NCBI GenBank assembly: GCA_051313645.2
Contig: JBNRSN020000034.1
Location: 992,001-1,056,000 of the forward strand
Length of the DNA: 64,000 bases
Reading direction: 5' to 3'
From: Centroscyllium fabricii
Lineage: Eukaryota
A program made the translations under genes and the position numbers. Each line of letters begins with the position of its first letter. Within the stretch, counting starts at the first letter, position 1. The notes beneath the pieces were generated by a model, which was not told the origin of the DNA, made no database searches, and saw only the letters and a program-made list of their open reading frames with translations. Below, one piece after another: positions 23,151 to 33,647 of this stretch.

Positions 23151-25684
23151 TGGAGGGCCCCTACACACACACACACACTTCGGCCTCAGCCATTGTCGAC
23201 CAGGCTAGGCCGCACACCCTATCAAATTCCATGATGGGGATTAAAGTGGACAGGCACATTACTAACTGCCTGTTCGACACCAGAAGCACAGAGAGCTTCA
23301 TCCACCCCGACACAGTGCGGCGCTACGCACTGCGGACCCTGCCCACGCGCTACCAAATCTCCCTTGCCTCAAAGTCCCACACGGCGGACATCACCGGCTA
23401 CTGCTCCGTCACGCTCACGGTCAGGGACTGCATGTACCGCAATTTTAAACTGTACATCCTCCAGCAGTTGTGCGCCCCAGTCTTACTGGGACTAGATTTC
23501 CAGTGCCACCTGAAGAGCATGACAATGGAGTTCGGCGGGACCCTGGCCCCCCTCACCGTCAGTAGCCGGGACAATCCCTTCCTAAAGCGGAGCCCGACTT
23601 GCGGCCTATCCACCCTGAAAGTCGACCCCCCGTCGCTGTTCGCCAACCTCGACCCCAACTGCAAACCTATTGCTACCAAGAGTCGATGTTACAGTGCAGG
23701 GGACCAGGCCTTTATCAGGTCGGAAGTCGGGCGTATGCTGCAAGAGGGGATAATTGAGGCCAGCACCAGCCCCTGGCGGGCCCAGGTCGTAGTGGTTAAG
23801 ACCGGCGAGAAACTGCGGATGGTAATCGATTACAGCCAGACAATTAACCGCTACAACGGGCTCGACACCTATCCCCTTCCCCGCATCTCGGATATGGTTA
23901 ACCGGATCGCCCAGTATACGTTTTTTTCAACAATCGACCTTAAGTCAGCGTATCACCAACTCCCAATCCGGAAATCCGACCGCCAGTACACCGCCTTCGA
24001 GGTGAACGGTCGGCTCTACCACTTCCTCCGGGTCCCCTTCGGTGTGACCAACGGGGTGTCAGTATTCCAAAGGGAGATGGACCATATGGTTGACCAGAAC
24101 GGGTTGCAGGCCACCTTCCCCTACCTGGACAACGTGACCATCTGCGGCCATGACCAGCAGGACCACGATGCTTCGGACTTCGCCCTTGCCGCCACCCTGA
24201 ACCAGGCAGGCAGGCCCGTAGCGTTTTTCTCCCGGATCCTACAGGGACCCGAAACTCGCCACTCAGCAGTGGAAAAGGAGGCCCAGGCCATCGTGGAGGC
24301 AGTGCGCTACTGGCGTCATTACCTGGCCGGTAAGCGTTTTACCCTGCTCACCGACCAACGGTCGGTCGCGTTTATATTTAACAATAATCAAAAGGGTAAA
24401 ATCAAGAATGATAAGATCCTGCGGTGGCGGATCAAACTCTCGACTTACGAGTACGACATTCTTTACCGCCCAGGCAAACTCAACGAACCCCCGGACGCTC
24501 TGTCCAGGGGAACGTGTGCCAGCGCCCAGCTGGACCGGCTGAAGGCCCTCCACGATCGCCTCTGCCACCCAGGTGTCACCAGACTCGCCCATTTTGTAAA
24601 ATCCCGTAGCCTTCCCTACTCCATCACGGAGATCAAGGCTATGACCAGAGAGTGCCCTGTCTGTGCCGAGTGCAAACCCCACTTTTACAGGCCCGACACG
24701 GCGCACGTCATCAAGGCCACCCGCCCCTTTGAACGTCTGAGCGTGGACTTCAAAGGCCCCCTCCCCTCCACTGACCGCAACTCGTACTTCCTCACGTGCA
24801 TGGACGAGTTCTCCCGCTTCCCCTTTGCCTTCCCCTGCCCAGATATGACGAGCGCAACGGTGATAAGACACTTCACCACGCTGTTCGCCATTTTCGGTCT
24901 CCCCAGCTACATCCATAGCGACCGGGGGTCGTCGTTCATGAGCGACGAACTGCGTCAGTTTCTGCTTCAGAAAGGGGTTGCCTCAAGCAGAATGACCAGT
25001 GACAACCCCCGGGGGAACGGCCAGGTAGAAAGGGAGAACGGGATCATCTGGAAGGCGGTCAACCTGAGCCTGAGGTCCAGAGGCCTTCCAGTTTCCCGTT
25101 GGCAGGAAGTCCTCCCAGACGCGCTCCACTCCATCCGCTCTCTGCTGTGTACGGCTACAAACGCTACACCTCACGACCTGTTATTTTCCTTCCCCAGGAA
25201 GTCGACTTCGGGGACAGCACTCCCACCGTGGCTCACGACGCCGGGGCCGGTCTTACTTAGAAAACATGTCCGCGGCCATAAGACCGACCCCCTGGTGGAA
25301 AAGGTGCAGCTGCTGCACGCCAACCTGCAGTATGCCTACGTGCAATTCCCGGACGGGCGCGTGGACACAGTTTCGATCAGAGACCTGGCGCCCGCCAGGA
25401 GCACTAGAGCAGAACCCCCGGTCGAGCCTCAGCCCGACCAACCACCATCCACTGAACACTGGCCTACATACCAACCACCATCCACCGAACACTGGCCTAC
25501 ATACACACACACACCGGGACCCTCGACGCTATCGGCCGACAACCCAGGGCCGGATGCCACGCTGCAGACACTGCTGCCGGAGGACCCGACCCCGTCACCA
25601 CAACCGGCACCAGCGCCGCTACCAGATCCCCGGCAGTCGTCACGGCAGACACGACCACCGGAGAGACTTATTGAACACTGTTGA
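22610..25684 (+). CDS. pol: Pol (PR-RT-RH-IN) with an in-frame internal deletion; genuine coding probably starts ~23070
   Basis: LFDTRS protease, IDLKSAYHQ, PFG, YLDN, then an abrupt junction to RNase H DAS; HHCC zinc finger and D,D35E integrase. Confidence 0.9.
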   Translation: MGASVSHPCTAETGRAHGTGAATPKGGRGRPCATPNAATSHSVVRCVRTTGAATSSTAVRRVRITGAAILSTAVRRVRITGAAILSSAASHVRLPGAAILSSAASHVRLPGAAILSSAASHVRLPGAAILPTAARRVRITGAAILFPAASHVRPPALPTCPPRSAACEPRASPSCAWPQLVEGPYTHTHTSASAIVDQARPHTLSNSMMGIKVDRHITNCLFDTRSTESFIHPDTVRRYALRTLPTRYQISLASKSHTADITGYCSVTLTVRDCMYRNFKLYILQQLCAPVLLGLDFQCHLKSMTMEFGGTLAPLTVSSRDNPFLKRSPTCGLSTLKVDPPSLFANLDPNCKPIATKSRCYSAGDQAFIRSEVGRMLQEGIIEASTSPWRAQVVVVKTGEKLRMVIDYSQTINRYNGLDTYPLPRISDMVNRIAQYTFFSTIDLKSAYHQLPIRKSDRQYTAFEVNGRLYHFLRVPFGVTNGVSVFQREMDHMVDQNGLQATFPYLDNVTICGHDQQDHDASDFALAATLNQAGRPVAFFSRILQGPETRHSAVEKEAQAIVEAVRYWRHYLAGKRFTLLTDQRSVAFIFNNNQKGKIKNDKILRWRIKLSTYEYDILYRPGKLNEPPDALSRGTCASAQLDRLKALHDRLCHPGVTRLAHFVKSRSLPYSITEIKAMTRECPVCAECKPHFYRPDTAHVIKATRPFERLSVDFKGPLPSTDRNSYFLTCMDEFSRFPFAFPCPDMTSATVIRHFTTLFAIFGLPSYIHSDRGSSFMSDELRQFLLQKGVASSRMTSDNPRGNGQVERENGIIWKAVNLSLRSRGLPVSRWQEVLPDALHSIRSLLCTATNATPHDLLFSFPRKSTSGTALPPWLTTPGPVLLRKHVRGHKTDPLVEKVQLLHANLQYAYVQFPDGRVDTVSIRDLAPARSTRAEPPVEPQPDQPPSTEHWPTYQPPSTEHWPTYTHTPGPSTLSADNPGPDATLQTLLPEDPTPSPQPAPAPLPDPRQSSRQTRPPERLIEHC
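22741..23140 (+). repeat. 51-bp coding tandem repeat, about 8 units
   Basis: Recurring GCGCCGCCATCTTGTCC...GTGCGA units encoding APPSCPPRSAACES / PPSCPQRPAMCDSP. Confidence 0.9.
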
Positions 25685-26514
25685 TACGGACACAAACATT
25701 TTCTTTGCACTGTTCTGTTTCATTCACCCCGCCGGACTCATTCTTAAAGAAGGGGTGAATGTGGTCATCATATTACCACTGCATATAGTTGTATTGTACC
25801 ATATGACCAATGTGTATAGTTGCTTGGTGTATTGTGTTTGTAAGGCCAGGTCAGCCACACCTCTAACTCCTCCCCTCAGGTGGGAGCCTTATATGTGAGG
25901 TCTGCCCTGCCCCCAGTCATTCTGTGCCTGATGTTCAACTGGAGACTAGCTCCATCTTTAAGTTAATAAAAGCCCGTAGTTAAGGTAACTACTCATCTTT
26001 GGTGTTATTGACGATACGTCACCTCCTTGCTGGTGCAGAGCCTTCTAATACACTGTTCCTTACTTAATTGGAGGCCGGAGAAGTGCTCTCAGAATACCCT
26101 CGGACGTTAAGGCTTCCTGTTGAGAGGAAGTTGCAGGGAAATGTTGGCGTCAATTTCCACAAATAGCAATAATATTGCCCCCTGCCTTAGTGCCTCACCC
26201 TGACAGCAACAGGGAGAGGAGGCATCAAGCAGGTGGATGCCAGCTCCAGGAGCGCTACTTAAAGGGATCAGGAGTAATGAGTTGCAGCTGTCAGGTTAGT
26301 GTTGTTTCACTGCTTCCTTGTCAGTTTGACATTGTGCAACAGTTTAATTCTGTCATTTTAAAGGTTGTTTAACATCATTAGAGTTGTGGCTACTAACAAT
26401 TAGTTACATTTATTCTCACAACATATCAAAGTGCTACACTTGGTTACATTAATGGGGGCTGTACTGACAGTCGACCTTGCCCTCTAGGATCTACGGTGGA
26501 GGGAGCGGAGGCAG

Positions 26515-26850
26515 CGAGAAAGATTGCAACATGTGGCCAAATAATATAAATGACCAGATAATCTGTCTTTTAGTGGTGCTGGGTGAGGGATTAATGTTTG
26601 CTAAAACACTGGAAGAATTCCCCTGCTCTTCTTTGAATAGCACCATGGGATCTTTAACATCTATCTGAGAGGGCAGATGAGCCTTGGTTTAATGCCTCAT
26701 CCAAAAGATGGTGTTTGCAACAATGCAGTACTCCCTCAGTACTACACTGAAGTGCCCGTCTAGATTATGTGCTCAAGTCCTGGAGTGGGGCTTGAATCCA
26801 TAACCTTCTGACATAGAGGCAAGTGTGCTACTATTGAGCCACAGCTGACA
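26515..26850 (-). mobile_element. Deu-domain SINE (SacSINE1/AmnSINE1-like)
   Basis: tRNA-like head on the minus strand, plus Deu-like body (CCCTGCTCTTCTT.GAATAG..CCATGGGATCTTT...TGAGAGGGCAGA) shared with 47307-47598. Confidence 0.75.
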
Positions 26851-27460
26851 CCTCTGAGCTCTTTTGTCCTGATATCATGGGAGAAAAAACAATACGCAAA
26901 GCTACCTAGAGACAACTATTTTCATGGTGGGGCGGATTGTGGTGGGCTGGGGGAGATTTGGGTGGTTGTGTGGGTTGAGGGGATTGTGGAGGAGGAACCA
27001 GCCATGGGTGGTGTTTCTGCCAAAACTCACAATCTAATCAGGTCAAATTAGTTTGGCCTCTCCTGCAAGTCTTTGAAATGTTAATAAAGGGGCAATTCTC
27101 TGAGGTTGTGCACCCTCACGCTGTAACAGTGCATATCGCAAGTTCAGGTACGCACTGCAGGTGATTTTCTGACCATCGTGGAAAATGATGTTTGTAATGT
27201 CATGCCAACACGCAAATTTTAGATATATGCACCTGGAAGGTGAGGTTCTCCAACAGAGCACAATTTGGAAATCTACTCCTTATATGTGAACTTGCACAAT
27301 CATATCAGAAATTCCCAAAATAACTCAACAGACAGCCGAAAACTGACTGTTCTCATCTTATCTATTTGTGTAGTAAGTATTATTATGGTTAGGTTTCGAT
27401 TGAGAAACAATCTTTCTTTTCTTCAAAGAAGCCTACCTTCACTTGAAAAATTAACAGGAT

Positions 27461-30157
27461 TAGTCCAGGCATTTTAGGCCAAAATGGGGGTCAACCTTCC
27501 ATTAATTGCAACACAACCAAACTCAACTGATTTTGTATCCTCAATATGTCCTGAATAACAGAAAAAAAAGTTGCAAGGAATTGCATGAAGGGAAAGTTTT
27601 GAAAATGGCCTGTAAGTATGACCCTACCAAAAACGATTTTTGGCCCTTTCTGCTAGATTTGACCAAAACAAAGGATACAAAACGAGGATACAGAATATCA
27701 GTGACAAGAATTTATTATGATCACATAATCACACAATTGAAGTACTGATCAAACAACTCAATAAAATTGTGCACACACAATATCACACTACAAAATGTCA
27801 TCTTCATCCTCGTCACAGTGCATCTGTATTGAGTTAGTGCAGCTGGACCCTCTGCAGTGGCCACATGCCGGAGTGCACTCGATATTGTTCTTTTTGCATG
27901 TGCATCTCAGGGTGCTGCAGTCAGCCTGGCAGTTGCACTTGATGACCCGCAGAAGCTTTTCTGGAGCAGGGGGTAGGGTTGTCTGAATTGGCACAAACCC
28001 CTCATCACATTTCTGCCATCCCCACTCTGTAGGATTAGGTCCGTCTGAAGATCCATTCCATTCTTGTACTTGCAAGTACACACGTAGGCTGTGATACTTT
28101 GCTGCTACTGATGTTGGAGGTAAGACCTGTGGCTGAATGTAAGTAGAGCTAGATGCCACCTTCTCACAGAACCGATGATATCGGAGGGTGTCTAGGGTGT
28201 CCGTTGATTTTCCATTGTAGAGAATCACCATTGCTTTCTCTCCTGCTTCTGCCACATCATCTGTAGAAGCTGAATGTGCATAGAACACCTCAGCTTGCTC
28301 TCTGAATATGCCACTTTCTTTGAATTTCTTGAGGGAAGCTCCCTTCCCAATCCCATGGAGGCGAGATGTAGTGTCGCTTACAAGAACTGCATGTAAGAAC
28401 AAGATGTGTTTACATATGTCTGGGCCAAGTAGTTGTTTTGTAGCCTTGATGTTCCAAATGCGAGTCTTCTTTGTGCTTTTCTTCGTCTCCGAACAAAAGA
28501 ACAGGTCATGGGAGTCTAGGCTAGCATGGTAGCAGAGAAGGACTAAGAGGTCTGTGTCATCCCCTATTAGTACAGTGTTGTTGGTGGTAGCACACTGCAC
28601 AGCTTTCTGCACAATCAGCAGGTCAGCATCTCCTGAGGCATGGTGTGTCTCACAGTTGGCTTTCTGCAGTTCTTCACTTAACATTGAAAGAAATTTCTGC
28701 TTGTTCTGCCTGTTAGCCAAGAACTGTTCCTTCTTCATTGTGACAATCATGTCAGCTGTAAATGTCACAGTGGTGCCAAGCTTCCCCTTTGACCGTCTTT
28801 GGTGTGTCATGTCCTTTGTGTTACAACTTTCATATCCATCAAACACCACTACAGCCTTGCCATATTTCTTCCTTACATACTCTGTATACTGGTGGCATAT
28901 GTCTTTATAAGTAGATCCATGAGACCATGGGATGCGTTGAAGAAGTGCTCCCCCATCCAAGACATACTGACTACCACCCTGTACAATATCTGCTGGAACA
29001 TGAGGCCCAATAAGACTCCAGATGGTATCGGCAAGGGCTGGCTTATTTGCTTCTCGAAGCAGTAGAGCGGAATCAAATAGGGCTGGGGGATAGCTACATA
29101 GCTCATATTTGAGGGCTAACTCAAGTTCTGACTCTTGCTGCCTGTGGTCCTTGGCTATATCTTTTTTGTCAATGTATTTTAAGCGACACCCTTTGTGTAC
29201 CTTCTCACCAGGTACAGCATGGATATTGTCTCCCCTTGTTTTACTGGCCTGGTTTATAGATGAACTTCCCTTCTCTCCAAGTGTTGATATTGATGGCCCT
29301 CCTCCGTCCACAGATTGCTTGCAAATTACACACGTTTCATTTGCCTCCATTTTCTGCATATGTGAAAAAGTACAAGTGGGATGTGTGTGGGGATGACTGC
29401 TTTATCCTGTGTGCATCAATAGGCTCAACCCACAACAGGTGTGGTCACACCTAGTTCAATTAGACTGACTCAAGCCAGGTGCGACTGCTTAAATCAGCCA
29501 TCCCCAGAAACTTTTTAATCTAGGTCAACTATAAATTTAAAAAAAGGCCAGCTGGCTAAACCAGTTATTTAGCTAGTTGGCATTAACAAATACCATTACT
29601 GAGGTTGGTTCATCAAAGACTGTTACATGACACTTAACCTCAATATCATAGAACTAAAATGAACTGTAGTAGGATATATTTATACTTTTGTCACTGTGAG
29701 AATGTCCAACTTGCGGTTGGAACATAAATGGACAAACTTTACAGCACCCGTGGCATGGTGGTGTTTGTCTCTCCACTCACAGCTCTCATCTGTTCTCACT
29801 GGCAGCCATTTATACCCCAGCTGAGCTGATGAGCTTGGACTGCACCATGTCAAGGGGGGGGGGGGGGTGTTTAAGAACCGCTCATCCAAACAAGTTCAAA
29901 CTTGATACTGCATTTCCCTGGGTCCTCAGCAACACACCTGCCAAATGTCGACTTCATACAGTGTTCGGTTTACAAGATATATCATTGTATATGTAATAAT
30001 AGTGTGGATGGCGGCCATTTTGAATTACAATAATTTCCCATCATGCAATTCCTTGCAACTTTTTTCCTCTCATTCAGGACATATTTAGGACACAAAATCA
30101 GTTGAGTTTGTTTGTGTTGCAATTAGTGGGAGGTCAAGTGACATTATTACTGGACTA
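27461..30157 (-). mobile_element. Academ DNA transposon, internally deleted; TAGTCCAG termini and 3-bp TSD GAT
   Basis: TAGTCCAG at 27461 and CTGGACTA at 30150-30157, GAT on both flanks, ~150-bp imperfect subterminal inverted repeats (TAATTGCAACACAA.CAAACTCAACTGATTTTGT), and an XPG-like plus Cys-rich ORF. Confidence 0.85.
27788..29359 (-). CDS. Academ-type protein: XPG/FEN1-like PIN nuclease plus C-terminal Cys-rich (CXC-like) domain, 523 aa
   Basis: VLDGGALL, VVFDGY, GDADLLIV, GDDTDLLVLL, H3TH-like SDTTS..GIGK, and CNCQADC...CTC...CTPACGHC...C. Confidence 0.85.
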   Translation of the reverse strand: MQKMEANETCVICKQSVDGGGPSISTLGEKGSSSINQASKTRGDNIHAVPGEKVHKGCRLKYIDKKDIAKDHRQQESELELALKYELCSYPPALFDSALLLREANKPALADTIWSLIGPHVPADIVQGGSQYVLDGGALLQRIPWSHGSTYKDICHQYTEYVRKKYGKAVVVFDGYESCNTKDMTHQRRSKGKLGTTVTFTADMIVTMKKEQFLANRQNKQKFLSMLSEELQKANCETHHASGDADLLIVQKAVQCATTNNTVLIGDDTDLLVLLCYHASLDSHDLFFCSETKKSTKKTRIWNIKATKQLLGPDICKHILFLHAVLVSDTTSRLHGIGKGASLKKFKESGIFREQAEVFYAHSASTDDVAEAGEKAMVILYNGKSTDTLDTLRYHRFCEKVASSSTYIQPQVLPPTSVAAKYHSLRVYLQVQEWNGSSDGPNPTEWGWQKCDEGFVPIQTTLPPAPEKLLRVIKCNCQADCSTLRCTCKKNNIECTPACGHCRGSSCTNSIQMHCDEDEDDIL

Positions 30158-30314
30158 GATAGCGTTAGCAGGGTTTTCTGTTTCCTACTTATTTTAGTGG
30201 AAGTGGCCAGAGATTCAGTTAAAGGATTCTGTAAAGAACTACAAAGATATTGGCCTCCTTACTGTTTTTGGAACAGATTAAGTTTTGTGTAAGTCAGGTT
30301 GTCTACTGTTACAG

Positions 30315-30483
30315 AGAAACATAGAAGATAGGAGCAGGAGTAGGCCATTCGGCCCTTTGAGCCTGCTCCACCATTCAATTAGATCATGACTGATCTTTCA
30401 GATTCAGTACCCTGTCCCTGCCTTCTCCCCATATCCCTTGATCCCTTCAGCCTGAAGAAATATATCCAACTCCTTCTTGAATA
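30315..30483 (-). mobile_element. CR1/SINE 3' tail fragment
   Basis: GAAACATAGAAGATAGGAGCAGGAGTAGGCCATTCGGCCC is the reverse complement of the CR1 tail at 37600-37780. Confidence 0.85.
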
Positions 30484-30492
30484 AATAGTGAT

Positions 30493-32277
30493 GTGGCATC
30501 TCTGGAAATATTTTCACCGTACGCATTTGTTCTGTGTTCCTCACCAAGTAGTGCCGGGGACCTTTTGGAAGATTATCTTAAAAGCAATTTTGATGAACCA
30601 GTTAATGGCACAGTTGCTGGAGCTGTAGCAGGTTTAAGCACAGATACAGAAGGTATACCATCGTTGATACCTCAGAACTTTGAGGAGTTTGAACTGGATC
30701 ATGCTTTTGCTCACTCTCCTCCCAGCATAACCATACCATTCCTGGAATCCTGGGAGCCGCTGCAGACTCCGAATAACAGAAGTAAACATGAATTGAACTG
30801 TTTGCCAGTGGAAGACAAAGCACAGGCCCCTGTACTGGCATTAGATCAGTCTGGAGATAGACCTCTGTCAACAGAGGAGTCTGAAGACCACCGACTTGCA
30901 TCAGATGAAGCTAAGGAAGCAAGTCCTAACTGTTCAGTGGACAAAGAGCTGTTAAAAAGTTTTCGATACTTCATCGGAGCACCAATTCAACATCTGTTTG
31001 TTAAGCATCACAGAAGTGAAAAATGGCACAAGCGGTGGCATCCATTTCAGCAGGTGAATCAACATTCTCGTTCGTCAGCAACTCACCAAAATGGGTCGAA
31101 GGAACCAGAGCTGATCTCCCAAAGACAGTGTAGTATGATAAACAGCACTGTCGATGAAAACTTTCCCCAGGGGACCCATCAGTTTCTGATAGATTTTGTA
31201 TCTCCTCAGCGTTATCCACCTCATAAAATTGTGGAGTATGTAATCAAGAAGATACTGCTGGGCAATGAATCCTCCAGCACCATTATGTCTGCTTATATGA
31301 CCCTGATGAAGATCCAACAGCTGCATCCTGCAAATACTTCCACAGTGCAGTGGGACTGGGAACTACTAGCTTATCATGTGGAGAACAAGGACCCTTACAG
31401 GAAGCATTCTCTGACCAGGAATGATCGACTGTTGTTCCTGCAGTATGTTGTTCAAACACTTGAGGATGATTTTCAGCTGAAACATGACGTGCCCCAGCAT
31501 TCCATAGCCAAGGCAGTTCTATCTTGTGATGACAAGTTTTCGAATGTAAGAAGTGTCATCAAGTGGCTTATTGATACCATCTCCAAGGACTCTGATGATA
31601 TACAGCAGAAAAATGGTCCCGTGTCATCATCATCTGATAGCCCTCAGGTGCTGGATTCTAGGAATCCAAGTGCTATTTGTCTCCTTCAGAAAATGCTGAC
31701 ATTGGCTGTAGAAGTGGACCGATCCCCGACATGCAGCTCAAATAAAATTGCAGAGGCAATATTTCAACACTTTCTGTACATTTCAAAAAGATCGCAGAGA
31801 TTAACGGTGTTGAGAAGTATGGAGAGCCAACTCCTCCGCTGCAAGTTACTAGAATTTCTCTTCCACCATTGCACCAAGGAACAAAATACACTGCCCATGT
31901 CATTGGGGAAAGTGCTACATTTCCTTAAATATGCTAAATTTCCCTTAGAAACTGATGAGCGTTGTTCAAGCAAATGGCAATATTGGGATGAACTTGTCAA
32001 CCTTCTCTCTTTACTGCTTCTGAGCTACCAAGAGGTGACTAAATGTCACTTGAGGCTTTCAATCACAGAACGGGTAAAATATGTTCTGGCTGACACTCCG
32101 CCAGTGCTCACAACTCATGATAAGATCACCGTTGAAGAAGTTCAGTCAGATATGGAGGTATTCTACAATCGCGTATCCAGTGATTTGGGAAAACCGTTGA
32201 ATCCACAACTAGAAGAACAGATCAATCTGCTGAAAGCTCTTCTTCTTTGTGCAGCAACTGGAACAGAGCTTTTTTAA
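30493..32277 (+). CDS. SIMC1: SIMC1-like protein (C-terminal Nse5-like region), uninterrupted ORF; true start uncertain
   Basis: ENFPQGT..FL.DFVSPQRYPP, MKIQQLHPAN..TVQWDW, LFLQYVVQTLEDDFQ and LAVEVDRSPTCSSNKIAE match my recollection of vertebrate SIMC1/C5orf25. The ORF begins at GTG; the first in-frame ATG is at ~31135. Confidence 0.85.
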   Translation: MASLEIFSPYAFVLCSSPSSAGDLLEDYLKSNFDEPVNGTVAGAVAGLSTDTEGIPSLIPQNFEEFELDHAFAHSPPSITIPFLESWEPLQTPNNRSKHELNCLPVEDKAQAPVLALDQSGDRPLSTEESEDHRLASDEAKEASPNCSVDKELLKSFRYFIGAPIQHLFVKHHRSEKWHKRWHPFQQVNQHSRSSATHQNGSKEPELISQRQCSMINSTVDENFPQGTHQFLIDFVSPQRYPPHKIVEYVIKKILLGNESSSTIMSAYMTLMKIQQLHPANTSTVQWDWELLAYHVENKDPYRKHSLTRNDRLLFLQYVVQTLEDDFQLKHDVPQHSIAKAVLSCDDKFSNVRSVIKWLIDTISKDSDDIQQKNGPVSSSSDSPQVLDSRNPSAICLLQKMLTLAVEVDRSPTCSSNKIAEAIFQHFLYISKRSQRLTVLRSMESQLLRCKLLEFLFHHCTKEQNTLPMSLGKVLHFLKYAKFPLETDERCSSKWQYWDELVNLLSLLLLSYQEVTKCHLRLSITERVKYVLADTPPVLTTHDKITVEEVQSDMEVFYNRVSSDLGKPLNPQLEEQINLLKALLLCAATGTELF

Positions 32278-33242
32278 CTTATTTAAAACAGACTATTTGA
32301 TATATAATATGAACTAAGATTTACTTTCAACAAACTATAATAATTTTTTTTTTTTTTACACAAAGCACTGCATCATCTGGATTTTTAGCAGCTTTTCGAG
32401 CTCTCGGTTTTTCAACGTACGTGCAAAGCGTGGCATCAGATTTCTGCCAATATAAGGCAGCTACGCAAACCTAATGGTGAACAGAAAAATCTTCTACTGT
32501 GGTTTCATTCATTTTCCATTGAACTATATTTCTAACCTAGACAGAAGAGCATGATCTCCACCAAATGTATTTTATTTTTTGCCTTGGGGCTTTTCCACTG
32601 GATACCAAAATGCGGACGTCAAATTAATTGTCCGTTATCTTCGAACTTCTCCAAAATGTTTTGAAATGAAAGTCTGTATGTGTGAAGTGTGGGGTCAAAG
32701 AATGTCCATAAAGGAGGTTGTGGGCTCAGGCTGTATTTCTTGGAATAGAATTGTGAGGGTCTCATGTCTTCAAATGGTCCATTCAGTTAGTCCACATTTA
32801 TTCAGGGTTGACCTGAGTTCAAACAGTGGCTACTCACACAGCTCGCACCTTCTGTTGCTTTGGAAGTAGGGTTTTCTGTTTGACGGCAATGGTAAGCACT
32901 TTCTGTATGCCCCAGCAGTTTCTCTGTAAAGTTGTTTTTTAATGTATTTTATTTACAGTTTGATGTAACCAAATCTCACACTAATGGTAGTGATTGACCT
33001 AGAATGTTATGCCTGCCCACTCATGTCTTGTCAGAATGTTCTTTTTATCTAATGAATTTAAATATGATTTCATTGCTATTCCTCCATCCTGACCCTTTTT
33101 AAAATTGACTTTCGTGAGGTATCATCTCTGCTAGTTTATAAACACATAGACGGTGGAACTTTCATTATCCGTGCTCCTAATTATCCAGCAGGACTTTCTG
33201 CAAGACAAGGCCTTGGTGAGAAATCACCTCATTGCGCCACCT

Positions 33243-33647
33243 GGGGCAGCACGGTGGCATAGTGGTTAGCACTGTTGCCTCACAGCGCCAGGGGCCCAGG
33301 TTCAAATCCAGCCTCGGGTACTATCTGTGTGGAGTTTGCACAATCTCCCCGTGTCTACGTGGGTTTCCTCCGGGTGCTCCGGTTTCCTCCCACAGTCCAA
33401 AGATGTGCAGGTTAGGTTGATTGGCCATGATAAATTGACCCTTAGTGTTAGGGGGATTGAATGTGTGGGGTTACGGGGATAGGGTGGGATATGTGTCGGT
33501 GCAGGCTCGATAGGGATATGGGGACAGGGCAGGGACAGGGTGCTGGGTTTGGATGATCAGCCATGATCTCATTGAATGGTGGAGCAGGCTCGAAGGGCCG
33601 AATGGCCTATTCCTGCTCCTATCTTCTATGTTTCTATGTTTCTATGA
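33243..33647 (+). mobile_element. HE1-like V-SINE
   Basis: A box TGGCATAGTGG, B box GGTTCAAATCC, V-domain and (TTTCTATG)n tail. Confidence 0.92.

Larger units (their letters stand above)
21424..26021 (+). mobile_element. Ty3/Gypsy LTR retrotransposon with 262-bp LTRs (21424-21685, 25760-26021) and 5-bp TSD CCTCC
   Basis: TG...CA LTRs differing at about 5 positions by eye; CCTCC at 21419-21423 and 26022-26026; PPT AAAGAAGGGGTGAA; no TGG-type tRNA PBS. Confidence 0.97.
18154..26300. mobile_element. Decayed autonomous-type PIF/Harbinger transposon, interrupted by a Gypsy element; right end not resolved
   Basis: Left terminus GGGGAAGAAATTC, followed by convergent remnants of a Myb/SANT-like gene (+) and a HARBI1-like transposase (-). 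Confidence 0.75.

Noticed and set aside
32325-32360. Poly(A) tail of a SIMC1 retrocopy
   Set aside because: The run is poly(T) on the sense strand; no tail or TSD could be identified.
33243-33320. tRNA-like A and B boxes (also at 16140, 36300 and 49064)
   Set aside because: These are SINE heads continuing into V-domain and CR1 tail, not tRNA genes.
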